Positions 11,210 through 23,400 of a DNA stretch of 64,000 nt are shown in pieces (positions within the stretch are counted from its first letter, which is position 1; each line of letters starts with the position of its first letter). The notes under the pieces are model-generated. The model was not told the origin of the DNA and did not search any database. It saw nothing but the letters and a program-made list of their open reading frames with translations. Both the position numbers and the translations under genes were made by a program. Source of the stretch: Cetorhinus maximus (taxonomy: Eukaryota); the NCBI RefSeq assembly GCF_964194155.1, contig NC_135898.1, positions 17,918,001 through 17,982,000 of the forward strand, read 5' to 3'.

Positions 11210-12732
11210 TGGGTATTTTTCTGGTTGGCAGGGTGCGATGAGTGGTGTGCTACAGGGATCAGTGCTGGGGCCTCAACTTTTTACTTTTTATATAAATGAT
11301 TTGGATGAAGGGAACAGAAGAATGGTTGCTAAATTTGCTGACAACACAAAGATAGGTAGAAAAGTAAATTGTGAAGAGGATGTAAAAAGGCTACAAAGTG
11401 ACATAGATAGGTTAAGTGAGCAGGCAAATGGAGTATCATGTAAATGTAAAATTGTTCATTTTGGCAGGAAGAATAAAAAAGTTTATTATCTAAATGGTGA
11501 GAGATTGCAGAGCTCTGAGATTCAGAGGGATCTGGGTGTCCTAGTGCATGAATCACAAAACGTTAGTTTGCAGGTACAGCAGGTAATTAGGAAAGCTAAT
11601 AGAATGTTATAATTTATTGTGAAGGGAATTGACTACAAAAGTAGGAGGTTATACTTCAGTTGTACAAGGCATTGGTGAGACCACACCTAGAGTATTGTGG
11701 ACAGTACTGGCTTCCTTGTTTAAAGAAAGATGTAAATGCATTAGAAGCAGTTCAGAGAAGGTTTACTAGGCTAATACCAGGAATGGGCAGTTTGTCCTAT
11801 GAGAAAAGGCTGGACAGGTTGGGCTTGTATCCACTGGAATTTAGAAGTGTAAGAGGTGACTTAATTGAAACCTTTAAGATCCTGAGGGGTCTTGACAGGG
11901 TGGATATCAACAGGATGTTTCCTCTTGTGGGAGAATCTAGAACTAGGTGTCACTGTTTAAAAATAAGGGGTCACTCATTTAGGACAGAGATGAGGAGAAT
12001 TTTTTTCTCTGAGGGTTGTGAGTCTTTGGAACTCTCTTCCTCAAAAGGTGGTGGAAACAGAATTTTTGAATATTTTTAAGGCAAAGCTAGATAGATTCTT
12101 GATCAACAAGGGAGTGAAAGGTTATCGGGGGTTGGCAGGAATATGGGGTTGAGGTTACATTCAGATTGCCATGACCTTGTTGAATGGCAGAGCAGGCTCA
12201 TGGGGCTGAGTGGCCGACTCCTGCTCCTAATTCGTATGTTTGTATGTTAAATGTATAAATTCAGGAAGAAATTCCTTGGTTTATCTTTTATACAAATATA
12301 TAGCATGAGAAATAGCAGTTATATTGTGGTACATTTTCTCAATTTATTTGACCTGAACATTGGCCTCATTAGTACCATTAGCGAACGTTGTTTTTATTAA
12401 GTAAAAAAAATTACTTTTTATGCTGATATTTTCAGCTTCTCTGTGTGATTCCTTACATTGTGCATTATGGGACACAAATGCTGGCATGTGAGGACTCCTA
12501 CCTGAATGGTGCAAAATCTTTAATAGATGATAATAAATTACTCTTTTTAGATAAACGGAAAAGCATTTTTCCAGACTGGATTCACTGCACAATGCACCAT
12601 GGTTGACCTAGATGGTAGGCAATAGGTCTTCTGATAAAAGCAAAATACTGTGGATGCTAGAAATCTGAAATAAAAACAGAAAATGCTGGGGAAACGCAGC
12701 AGGTCTGACAGCATCTGTGGAGCGTGAAACAG

Positions 12733-12772
12733 AGTTAACATTCTGAGTCTTTTATGACCCTTCTTCAGAGCT
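12733..12772 (-). ncRNA. Decayed hammerhead motif (left arm)
   Basis: Minus strand AGCT CTGAAGA AGGGTCATAAAAGACTC AGAA TGTT AACT; the GAAA box is mutated. Confidence 0.55.
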
Positions 12773-13749
12773 AAGGAGAGGTAGAAATGTGATGTAATTT
12801 ATACTGTTTAAGGGCAGTGGAGCAGGTGAAGCTGGAAAGAAGGCCAGCGATAGGTGGGGGTTAAGGAGAAATTGACAAAGATGTCAAGGGCAAAAAAGAC
12901 AAAGTGAGTGTTAATGGTAGTGTTAAGGGCTAAAGGAGGTGCAGATAGTGGCATAAAGGTAAGAAAGCAGAATGTGTTAATAGCAGAACAAGAGTAAGCA
13001 CTCTATGAAAAAACAACATGGAACAAGTAACAGATGGCCCCTTTTGGGGGTGGGGTGGTGGTTGTGGGAAAAGGATGGAAAAATGGATAAAAAGGGGATA
13101 AAACAATGAATAAATGAATAAAAATGAAAATAAGTGGATTAAAAATAAAAATTTTAAAAAGGGGGGTTAAAAAAGGGGTGAAGATGGAGGAGAGAGTTCA
13201 TGATTTGAAGTTGTTGAACTCAATGTTGAGTCCGGAAGTCCTTACCTTCATCTTCTGATTAAGCAGTCTATAGTTTTCCGGACTTAACATTGAGTCCAGC
13301 AACTTCAGACCATGAACTTTCTCCTCTATCTTCATCCCTTTTTTGATCCCCCTTTTTAAAAATTATTTTTATTTTTTATCCACTGATTTTCATTTTTATT
13401 CATTGTTTTATCCCCTTTTTACCCCTTTTTCCATCCTTTTATACCAACCACCACCCCCTCCCCCCCACCCCACCCCCAAAAGGGGCCATCTGTTATTTGT
13501 TCCATTTTGTTCTTTCATAGAGTGCTTAACCTTGTTCTGCCAATAACACATTCTGCTTTCTTACCTTTATGCCACTATCACCACCTTTTTTAGCCCTTAC
13601 CACTACCATTAACACTCCCTTTGTCTTTTTGTCCATGAAATCTTTGCCAATCTCTCCTTAGCCCCTACCTATCGCTGACCTTCTTTCTAGCTTCACCTGC
13701 TCCAACCCCCTTAAACAGTATAAATTTCATCACATTTCTACCTCTCTTT

Positions 13750-13788
13750 AGCTCTGAAGAAGGGTCATACAGGCTCGAAACATTAACT
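13750..13788 (+). ncRNA. Hammerhead motif (right arm)
   Basis: AGCT CTGAAGA AGGGTC ATACA GGCTC GAAAC ATT AACT. Confidence 0.65.
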
Positions 13789-14029
13789 CTGTTTCTCTCT
13801 CCACAGATGCTGCCAGACATGCTGCATTTTCCCAGCATTTTCTGTTTTTATTATGGGTCTTCTGATTCCAGGCTTGTGACTAAACCAGCAGACAAGAGTG
13901 ACCGAGAATGATTTTCCTTCTTATTAGTATCCTTTTCTTTTTCTTTTTGTAAGGTAGAACTAAACCTCTGCTTGGCTTTCATGCATGCTAACTTGGCTAG
14001 GATAAAGGAGAAATTGTTGACCCTGCGTC

Positions 14030-14250
14030 CATAAGTCAGCTGTGCCTCAGCTGGTAGCACTACCACCTCCATGTCAGAGTCTGTGGGTTCTAATCTGATT
14101 TCTGTTTGTGGGAGCTTATTGTGTGCAAATTAAATGCTGCTTTTTCTACATTACATTAATGACTATAATTCAAAAATACTTCACTTGCTGTATTTTGTTT
14201 TGTAGTGTCTTGAGGTCATGAAGGGCACTATATAAATACAAGCCTTCCTT
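14030..14250 (+). mobile_element. Deu-domain SINE (SacSINE1-like), internally deleted
   Basis: tRNA-like head CTCAGCTGGTAGCAC...GGGTTC, the motif CTGTTTGTGGGAGCTTATTGTGTGCAAATT, and an L2-like tail CTATATAAATACAAG. Confidence 0.65.
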
Positions 14251-15085
14251 TGCGTTCCATGGAACAATGCTTTGGAACTTGTGCGATGATATAGCGTCTA
14301 AACTGAACCACAATTCAATACTGGTATAAACCTTGCAATATAAATGGGATAATAGTGATATTTTAACAGTTATGCATTGTCAACAAACTTTATACATCCA
14401 TGACTTCAGGAAAACAGCAGTGCCAACTCTACTCTGGAGATTATGAATCAGTTCTTACTTAAACAGTAATCAGTTTCCTTAATGACTAACCATAGTTTCT
14501 ATTCACAGATCAGGGGGGTTTGGATCCCCTACAGTTAATTCTTTGTCATTCACTCTAAGCAAAGAAATCCTTATGAATAACAAAAGGAAGAGGGCTAACT
14601 CTTCTGTTGATTGACGAGACTCAATTGTCAGTCTCAGCAATAGTAAACTGGGAAAGCAGCAGTTGGCCTCAAGGCATACACAGGGCTACAGTTGCCTATT
14701 TATAGTCTGTTCAGTTTTATAAAAATACTTCAAGATTGCAGTACAGAAGGTAAAGTCATTGCTTACTAATGTGACCTCATGCCCTTGATAAATCATTGCA
14801 CTGTGTGCAGGAGTCATTCATTATTATGCAGTATCTAGGATAGGCTTTGTTGTGGGCTTCTCAACTACCATCATTTCTGAAACTCTGTGATCATTTTGAC
14901 AGGAGGTACTTTTACAGTGCAACCAAATGGCTATGCTACTATCTGCCTTCCTCTGCCCACAAAAAAGATAGGACACCTTGCCTTTTATTCTCTCTAAGTA
15001 ACTAGGAGAGATAGGACAAATTCAGTTCATTATTGTCAGGTGAATTAGAATGACTGGACCTGAAACTAACAGCCTAGTAGATAGT

Positions 15086-15223
15086 CCTTAGTTCTGTTGA
15101 AGAGTCATACGGACTCGAAACGTTAACTGTGTTCCTCTCCGCAGATGCTGTCAGACCTGCTGAGTTTTTCCAGGTATTTTTGTTTTTGTTTTGGATTTCC
15201 AGCATCCGCAGTTTGTTGCTTTT
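15086..15223 (+). mobile_element. 138-bp Penelope-derived hammerhead mini-element
   Basis: Same sequence family as 11034-11209. 15-bp TSD AGCCTAGTA[G/T]ATAGT at 15071-15085 and 15224-15238. Confidence 0.88.
15090..15128 (+). ncRNA. Hammerhead motif (core CTGTTGA variant)
   Basis: AGTT CTGTTGA A GAGTC ATACG GACTC GAAAC GTT AACT: perfect stem II, one core substitution. Confidence 0.7.
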
Positions 15224-16520
15224 AGCCTAGTATATAGTTTGTTAACCAACTGTCTGTGCGATGTGCTAATTCTCTGATCAATAACCAAGAAGCATAAAAA
15301 CGTAATTTATGCTGCAGGGTTGTTTCTGATATAAATCTAGCATTGATTCAGCTCCAAAATGAAATATTTCATGCAAACCTTTAGTTTAATTACTCTACTT
15401 CCAATTTCAGTGCCATGTTAGAAGTGAGACTTCAAAACTAAAAGCAGTTAATTTCGTCCTGAAATTCAAACGTAATCTACATTGAGATATTGTGCTTTCT
15501 GGCATGTCTCCTGTTACTTGTTTTTGAAATTCTTTCCATTAAAATTTAATGATACTACCTTTCCCCATCATAGTGATGTAAAATATTGCCACTTCAGCTT
15601 ATGGCTTTCATACCAACACGACAGCAGTGTTGACTCACTGTAAATGCTATTGTGGGGTTGCTCTTTGATCTATGTTGTTTGTCTCCAGGCAACAGCGAAT
15701 GCAGTGTGATAATGTGATGTCAATTCTTCAACATCCATGCGACAATTCCAGCTAATGGCTGTGCTATGAGAAACATAGAAGATGATAAGTCTAATCTTAG
15801 CTAAAGCTGAACTGAACTGTACTAGAAATTGCTCTGTGTAAGAGTGTAGACAGAAATGAAGACAGTCGAATGGACATTTCTGTAGCACACATCCTGAAAT
15901 TGTCAAACAAAGGTCTCCATAATTACTTTATATGTTTGAGGAACAGTCTGTTTGCACAACTCCCTCTTATACATATGCTCACATCTCTGGTCATTTGTTA
16001 CAAGTTGATGCAAATAAAACACATGCTTAAACTATGTAGATTTTCTAATCAAACAAGCACCAGCACAATACATAAAGGCAGTATTTTTGCACTGAGGATT
16101 GCTGCTCAAATCCCCACTACCTCTCCTCCCCCAATATAAATGCAAATATCCACCCTCATTAGAATTCTTGCAAGTGTTTAATCATCATGCATTGTTAGGC
16201 CACTCGACGTTCCAACATTCATTCATCATTATCACCTTAGCTTCTTGTGGTCTTCTTACTGTTGTCAAGTGCAAAATAATGGTTTTCTTTGCATTGTTAA
16301 TAGCCTCAACACTTACACTTGTTTACATTGAATATACCAAGACTGCAGAGGTAATTATGCACTGCCAAAGATCTTCATTGAATACCTTAAAACTCAACAG
16401 GAAAAGTGCAAGGTTCACTCATGAAAGGCAAGAAAATGTTGTTTGTCATAATTAACAGATAACTGGTGAGGTTACAACAAATACCTCATTTGCGCAGCAC
16501 CGAAACAATACTTTAATGTA

Positions 16521-16655
16521 AAACAAAAACAGAATTACCTGGAAAAACTCAGCAGGTCCGGCAGCATCGGCGGAGAAGAAATCAGCCAACGTTTCGGGTC
16601 TTCATGACCCTTCTGGATTTCCAGCATCCGCAGTAGCTTTTAGCTTTTTGTTTTT
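16521..16655. mobile_element. Penelope-derived mini-element with internal inversion and partial hammerhead
   Basis: 16521-16613 is antisense (GAAGGGTCATGAAGACCCGAAACGTT on minus) and 16614-16655 is the sense 3' end (GGATTTCCAGCATCCGCAG). TSD ATACTTT(T)AATGTA at 16508-16520 and 16656-16669. Confidence 0.8.
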
Positions 16656-16844
16656 ATACTTTTAATGTAGCTCAGGATGATTCAAATTGGGAGCATCTTC
16701 ATGGTTACAGGTTAACCCTAATTTATTAAATAGATTGAGCAAGCTTCACGTACTTCTTGAATTGCAATTTCAGGAGATTTGCATTACATGAATTTGTTGT
16801 GTCAATGAGTTTTTCAAGTATGTAATGATACTGGGGTATGTAAG

Positions 16845-18320
16845 GAGCTAGACGGAGCAGACCATTGTATTCCCCAGCAACTGGAGGAAAAAACCTGTGC
16901 CAGGAACAAAGGTTGCCCAGTAAGTGAGAAGCAGGAGTCTAATGCCACACTCCTGGATGCAATGCAGGAAGTAGTTTAATAACCTAACCAGGTCAGGAAA
17001 AGTGAATGCAGATGCACATTAACCTACATTCTGCATGGACATTATCCCGTGCCCTCACCTTGCCAACCTAAGCATACTCCATCGTATCACAGGATGGGAT
17101 GCAGCCAGGTATTTTCATCTTGCCCACGCTACCCCCGCCTCCTCACTCAATGGAGGCATCAGTGAACTGAGACGCAGTCTTGGAATATCTCAGTTCAATT
17201 CTTTAACTTTTTTTTTCTTGTTTCCAAGATTGCATATTTGAATTGCCCTTTTGAATACTGAAGTTGAGATCATGCATGTGAGTCCTCATCACTCATACTA
17301 CTGCTGATTGGATGGCAAACTCAGAGTAAAATGATAATTAAGTGGTTAATTTAAAAGTTATTGGCAGACACACTGAGCATACTTCCAAGTTTTCCGCACA
17401 ATATTGGACTCTCCTATTCCCATCATGTCTTCCATTTAATACTGGGGCCAGAGTCTGCAGCAGTATAAACTTCAGGTGTTGACAGCGCCACAGATTTTCA
17501 ACAACATTCTTTTCATATGCTCGAAAAACTCAGTGACACACAGCAAATTTATATAATGCAAATCTCAAGACACTTTCTTCTCCAGGGAAACTGTAATTCA
17601 AGAGGCACTGGTGAGACTTAAAAATCTAGTCCATTGTTGGGTTTTACCTAGTTTCCCACACCTCACAAGCAACAAATACAGATGTTGGGCAGGGACAGAA
17701 GTGGAGAGTCCACTCCAAGCTCTGTTCAGTTGGACATAGATGCTGTCACCTGCAGCTGTCAATGCAAAGAAGAGTCATTGAGGAGCAGCAGACAATATGT
17801 GATGAGCTTTCCAAACACACTCACCATAATTGCAGAGAGAAGGAAAGAGTCAGTTTCAGGCGTGAATGGATTGTTGTTGAAGGCCATTGAGATGATGTGT
17901 TCTTCCCTAGATAGTCTGGGCAGTGCTGCGGAACATCAAAGCCTCCAATCAAATGAGTCCATTGACCATGATCATGTAGATCTGGATGCCAACATGCCTG
18001 CCACCTTAAATACAATGCCTTATCCTTACAGTGTCACATTGATCTGAAAGTGTTTTTGAGCACAGGCATAATGGTGAAATGCAGCTGGGCCATGAGAGGG
18101 ATGATGGTGAAAAGGGAGGTGGAAATGGGGACTCCACTTCTTACATTGCCACTTAACCCCTACATGCTGTCTCATCTCCTGGTATGCCAAATCTGCCTCC
18201 ACACAAATACAGGTGAAACAGTCTTGGTGGGGGACCCCCACTTGCTCCAAAACCCAGGGAACATTGGCTAAGAACTCTTTGGCAGTCAAATGCAGGGGTC
18301 CAAGCAGCCTGCTTCTAACT
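16845..18320 (+). pseudogene. Decayed Harbinger Myb/SANT gene remnant
   Basis: ~16855-17001 translates IVFPSNWRKKP...VRSRS..PHSWMQCRK*FNNLTRSGK, followed by GTGA. The ORF at 17682-18047 resembles the coiled-coil exon of the other copies. Confidence 0.6.
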
Positions 18321-18329
18321 TTGTTTAGG

Positions 18330-18530
18330 AATTGCACTGTGCAGTATAAAGGGTATAAATAGCTTAAACACATCATCAGTGATGTCAGATCACTTGTCAT
18401 TGGAACTCAGAGAGAGATGGTTCTGGAAAAAGCTTTGTGCTTATGTACCCCTGTATGTCATTATATATAGTTAATAAATGTTTGAAAGTTCCTGAGGTCT
18501 TGTTTCCAGTATTCTATGTTAAACACACCC
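18330..18530 (+). mobile_element. Possible solo-LTR fragment
   Basis: TATAAA, AATAAA and LTR-like composition interrupting the Harbinger remnant. Termini not resolved. Confidence 0.3.
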
Positions 18531-18929
18531 TGGAACTGTTTTTGATGATACTTCACACTGTGTAAGGAGTGTAAGAAAAGGAATAGTAAGGCTTTGCAGT
18601 TGCACAGGTACATACACATGGGTGTATGAGACAGTGTTGTGTTGTTAAGTTTCTGTTTCTCAGTTAGGTCACATAAACATTATTCTTTTGCACCACTTTC
18701 CCATTCTTTCCATTGTTGGGCACTGGATGGCAAGTCACTTTTAAACTGATCTGATGATGAATGACCGTGAATTGATGGGGGCCAACAGGAGGATATTTAA
18801 TGGGTGATTATTTGTTTGCAGGAATGCTTTGTGTCAGTAAATCGGCAGGGGGTGGGGGGTGGGGGGGGTAGGTGTAGCAGGAAGAGTGGTTGTTGCGTGT
18901 ACTTATGACATGATTCCACCACTATAATC

Positions 18930-20000
18930 TAAGTCAACCTCACACTTAAAAGGGCATCTCTGGCCTCCTGAACAACAATGTCAGCAGCTGAGGGTGCCTT
19001 ATACTCATTACTATCCTTCTCCTGGTCTTCCTCCTTCTTCCCCTCCAAATCATCAGAGAAGGATCTGAGCTCTTCGCTTTGTTCTTCCTGTAGGCCCAAA
19101 CCTCACTCCTTCAGAATGTGTGGAGCTCAGGACACCACAACCATTCTGGAACCCATGGCTCGTACATACTGAAGGCCACATGCAGATTTGCCGAAACACC
19201 CAAAGTGTATCTTCAACATGTCAATTGTCTGTTTGCTCACACATCTCATGATCTATGGCATTCATTGTAGCATTGTTGCACTTCAATGATTAGGTTTTTG
19301 ATGTGTGGTATCAGCCAAGTTTGAAATAGGTATTTCGATCTCCTCACAGCCACCCCTGAGGTATGCTTGCAGGTGCAAAGATATCAGGAAGCTTGACAGC
19401 AGCAAGCTATTACAGGAAGAAAGCATCATGGCAACTCCCTGGAATCTGACACTCATGTGCATAAATATTCTTTGTGGTTTCACACCACCTGCACATTAGA
19501 GAGAAGTCCTTACAGTTGACAAATACTCCAGCGTGATCCAGTGGGGTGGAGCCATAATTCTCATTTTGTGCAGTCAATGGCACCCTGCAGAAGTCAGCCA
19601 GAGCTGCAAACCTGATCTCCCACTCCTTCTAACTGGCATAATTGCAAGTAAATTTGATATAATTGCCAACCCCAAAGCCAACAAGCAAATGTCCTTTGCA
19701 TTTGTGGACCACCGACTGGGAAATTCTGGACATGTCTCTGGCAAAGCCCTGGAAGGATCCAGAGACACAAAAGATGTGTGATGATGGCTTTGACAGCCAC
19801 TGGTGAAGTGTGGGAGCGGGTGGTCTTCCAAGAGGTTGCGGATGTCTGGTGCTACGTGATGCAACAGCCAAAGACTTCTGAGACACTGCTCTTCAGGATG
19901 CTGTACCTCTGCCCTTAGATCCTGTTTCATACGTATTGCCTGCTGTGAGCTGCACTCCTCTGCTGCTGCCTTCTCTGCTGTTCCTCTCTCATCTGTGTAG
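18930..20000 (-). pseudogene. Decayed Harbinger (DDE_Tnp_4-type) transposase, convergent with the Myb remnant
   Basis: Minus-strand pieces EEQCLRSLWL, PGSCHDAF and PQGWL.GD, plus an acidic C-terminal stretch. Many stops and frameshifts. Confidence 0.75.
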
Positions 20001-20069
20001 CTACAGGCCTATGACTAGAAGATTGCTGGTGTTTTGCTCCTCATCGATCAACCAAAGTGCTACCCATCC

Positions 20070-21475
20070 TGATGTGATAGAGCAAATCTACTCAGTGTAA
20101 GAAGTAATTGTAGTATAAGGGTCTGGCACATATAGGTTAACGTGGGACTGTGTATAGTACCGCCCACACACTGTTGTAAGAGAACAGAAGACCTGCACCT
20201 AGGGGTCAGTGTAATGTTGGACAGAGCTGTGTGTAGAACCAAGCATGAAGACAGCTCCTAGCTTAGACCTTTACTGTACCTATGTATATTGTTCCGGACA
20301 GGAGAGATACAGGCAAATGCTACTTATTTCCTCTCACCACCTGTCTGTAAGCAGAAGGTGTTTTGAATTATTTTTAAAGTATGTGGTGGCATGTTTTCCC
20401 AAACCCTTCGCTTGTGTGATCCAATTTAATAATAACCCACAGCTAACCTGCGTTATAATTAACGCATAAGGTGAGCTTATTTCACATCCAAAGCCTGGAG
20501 GAGGAATGTTCACAACTTCCCATTCACTACACACAGACACACACACACACACACACACAGAGTAAAAGGAGGAACAGATAAAGGAGTTTTACAACTATGG
20601 ATAGTAACAGTACAAGAACCACAGAAATGAATCTTAGTTCACATGATTTCAAAAGTCCAGAGTCAGAGTCCAATGAGGAATTCTTTCACGAAAGAGTCCG
20701 AGTTCAGCTGGCTGAAGACCAGAGTTGTAGAATTTGTTTTACAGTTGGTGCTGATACTGCAAGATGAAATAGATACACAGAGACTGGGTCAGTTCTGCAG
20801 GTGATGGTAGGAAATCTTCCAGCATATGCAGGCTGTTGTTGTGCCTGGAGGGCTGCTTTTTTGTGGTTCGCCAGTTGGATGTTAAACAATAGACTGCTTG
20901 TGAGGCTGAAGATGCAATGTTAAAACTGTCCAAAAAGGCCAGAGGTTTGGGTTATGTGACATGTCGCATTAATAGTTAATTGCAGCTTAACAATCAGTTC
21001 TGTGCTTCTGGCCAGAATTCCATTGTTCCTCCTTCGGAGAGAGACAAAGTGGTTATTAGCATCTCTTCCAGTATAATGAGTTTCATCTCTCTCCCTTTTG
21101 TGATTGTTTTGGTTGAGGGCTCCATTTCATCTGCACTTCCTTTATCTTTGTTGATTATGAGGGATCTGTACAATGGGGTGTGAGATTCCACAGACTGAGT
21201 GAAGAATTCTTTTGTCCTTGTAACTTTTGGTGGTAGCTCCCAGAACAAAGGGCCAGCCCAGTAGTTGTGTAATTTGTAGCAGCCATCCTTTTTGGAAAAT
21301 CCATTTTTTAAAAATAGCAATAAGAATGAAGTTTTGAACGTACAGTGTTGGATTTCTTTTCATGTCGTAGGAACCCAACAAGATAGCTTCTAGTAGTTAA
21401 TAAATAACTGTCGAACTACCTAAGACTACGAATACTTAAAAAAGACCTATAAAATATGCCCAACACTTTATAACA
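20070..21475. mobile_element. LTR-like sequence(s), probably one LTR nested in another; contains a (CA)n tract
   Basis: TG...CA-like ends, TATA and AATAAA signals at ~20115 and ~21399, and a different internal segment at ~20290-21380. Boundaries uncertain. Confidence 0.4.
20529..20559. repeat. (CA)n microsatellite
   Basis: ACACACAGACACACACACACACACACACACA. Confidence 0.95.
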
Positions 21476-21734
21476 GTAACCTTACAGCAAAACTACTGTA
21501 AACAACTTTTCCCACCAGCAGGTAAGAAATCAACTATTCTTGTATATTTTGAACATTTCTTTTTCAAACACTTCAATCACAAATGTTTTTAGGTCTCACC
21601 TTAGACTCAGGCCAAAATTAAACTTTTGCTTCAGGTCCTTGAGGCATTTCAGCTCCTATGCACGTGACACCTCTTCTTCAAGCGATACCAAAATATTTCC
21701 TTGGCAGGCAGTGGTGGGCTATGGACAAGTCTTG

Positions 21735-22040
21735 TGACCACTGTGGTTAGCATCCCTGCCCCTGAGCCTGAAGGCTTGGGTTCGAGTCCCACTCCAAGTT
21801 TTGATGGCCATGGAAGGTGTGTTCATATTGTGGCCAAGCAGGTTGATTATCAACCTCTAAATCTTTTTACTCCATGTGGCAGGCAGCAAAAGCGGGAGAG
21901 TCTCCTGGTCAGCATGCTTGGTGCAGAATGGCACCCCTCAAGCTATAACCTCTGGCAACAGGCAGGCAACCTGTTCCAGGGAAATCCACCTATGAAAACA
22001 GACATAAGCATGTGCTTTGTCTGCTTCACGTGTCATTAGA
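21735..22040 (+). mobile_element. tRNA-derived SINE
   Basis: A-box-like TGTGGTTAGCA and B-box GGGTTCGAGTCCC (~21778-21790), followed by a non-tRNA body. Confidence 0.6.
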
Positions 22041-22169
22041 CGCGGGAAGCTTCTAAGTGTAATTCAGCAGTGGGCTCCCTGTGTGTGTGTCAAGTTACAT
22101 AATTAATATCTCCTCACCCAGAAAACTAGGTTAGGTCATGGTGTGATCAGGACAACAGACAGATATCCA

Positions 22170-22645
22170 GCTGACAATGGAGGGAGTGAATGTTTAAGGT
22201 GATGGTGGGGTGCCAATTAAGCGCACTGCTTTGTCCTGGATAGTCTTGAGAATCTGGAGTATTGTCGCAGCTGCAGTCATCTAGGTAAGTGGAAAATACT
22301 CCATCACATTTCTGACTTGTGCCTTGTAGATGGTGGACAGGCTTTGGGAAATCAGGAGGTGAATTATTCGCTACAGGACTTTCAATCCCTGACCTGTTCT
22401 TTTAGCCACAGTATTTATATAGCTGGGCCAGTTAACTTTCTGATCAATGGTAATTTTCAGGATGTTGATAGTGGAGGATTCAATGATGGTAATGCCATTG
22501 AATGTCAAGGGGTGATGGTTAGGTTCTCTCTTGTTGGAGATGGTCATTGCCTGGCACTTGTGTGGTGTGAATGTTATTTGCCACATTTTAGCCCAAGCCT
22601 GAATATTGTTCAGGCCTTGCTCCACATGGGCATGGTTGAGTGTGA
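22170..22645 (-). mobile_element. LINE RT C-terminal fragment (family of 6313-6979)
   Basis: ORF 22371-22667(-) IQAWAKMWQITF.PHKCQAMTISNKRE...TIDQK.NW. Confidence 0.85.
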
Positions 22646-22664
22646 ATGGTGCTAATATCTCCAA

Positions 22665-23400
22665 CACCAGCTTGGAACTTTAAGTGCTTAGAAGTTCATA
22701 GCCACGGGTCTTTCATAGTCACTGGTAACATCATCCTCACCCTGCTCTGGGGTTGGAGTTGTAGTTACAACAGTAGGTCTCATTGAGGACCTCCTTAGTG
22801 AAGCGTAGACCTTTCAAATATTGGTCTTTGCTGATGTTCAGGTAGGAGAATTGATGCCAAAATATCCTGAGCAAATATGACGTCCTACTGAAAGCACTTC
22901 TACTCCTGCCCCTCTTCCTTCTTCTAGCAGTTTGTCCTACTCTGCATGGCTTCTGCTCATTGATCCAGTTATGCGCTATTCCAATTAGAAGGCCTACTCA
23001 TGCACCCATATTAGGGGGCAATTGGTTTGTGCAGAAGGCTTGAGGTTAGCAAAAAATGGTTCAGCACCTGTTATACTATTACCTGTAGAACTTTTGAAAC
23101 AACTATGGCAAGCACCAAAAACATGGAGAATTGTAGCAACAGCCAGAAGAAAATCAATGAACAACTAACTTGTAAATAGTTGATAATCATTTTAAACGGT
23201 GGAGGTGGGGAGACGGTCTCCTTCTTGCTGTTGAACATGTGTTCAGCTATGTGAGCTTAAGAGAGAACGTCAGCTGGAGCATTGAGCTCCAGGATGACAG
23301 TGACAGCATTAAGTCAGCATTGCACTCTGACTGACATCATAATCTACTTTGAATACTTCCAATGGACATTAACTCCTTGCGCATTAATGTCTTTACTAAG
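22665..23400 (-). pseudogene. Harbinger transposase N-terminal fragment plus upstream region
   Basis: Minus strand RIFWHQFSYLNISKDQYLKGLRFTKEV... matches the SYLN..E.QC.RRL...KE.V HTH region of the 31377 transposase. Confidence 0.7.

Larger units (their letters stand above)
10825..12249 (+). mobile_element. CR1 LINE RT fragment with 3' tail, split by a hammerhead hairpin insertion
   Basis: KTFDKVPH...WIEDWL, GSVLGP, KFADNTK and VRPHLEYC motifs. Tail CTCCTGCTCCTAATTCGTATGTTTGTATGTT. Confidence 0.92.
12636..13852. mobile_element. ~1.2-kb fold-back Penelope-like 3' remnant (two inverted copies of the 3' UTR/pLTR)
   Basis: ~12665-13237 is inverted relative to ~13275-13852. The centre encodes a decayed GIY-YIG C-terminus (LIF*LSSL..SGLNIE.SNFRP*). 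TSD GGTCTTCTGAT at 12625-12635 and 13856-13866. Confidence 0.9.

Noticed and set aside
12437-12620. Two possible small plus-strand exons (after TTTTCAG and TTTTTAG)
   Set aside because: Peptides are not recognisable and splice signals of this quality are common by chance in AT-rich DNA.
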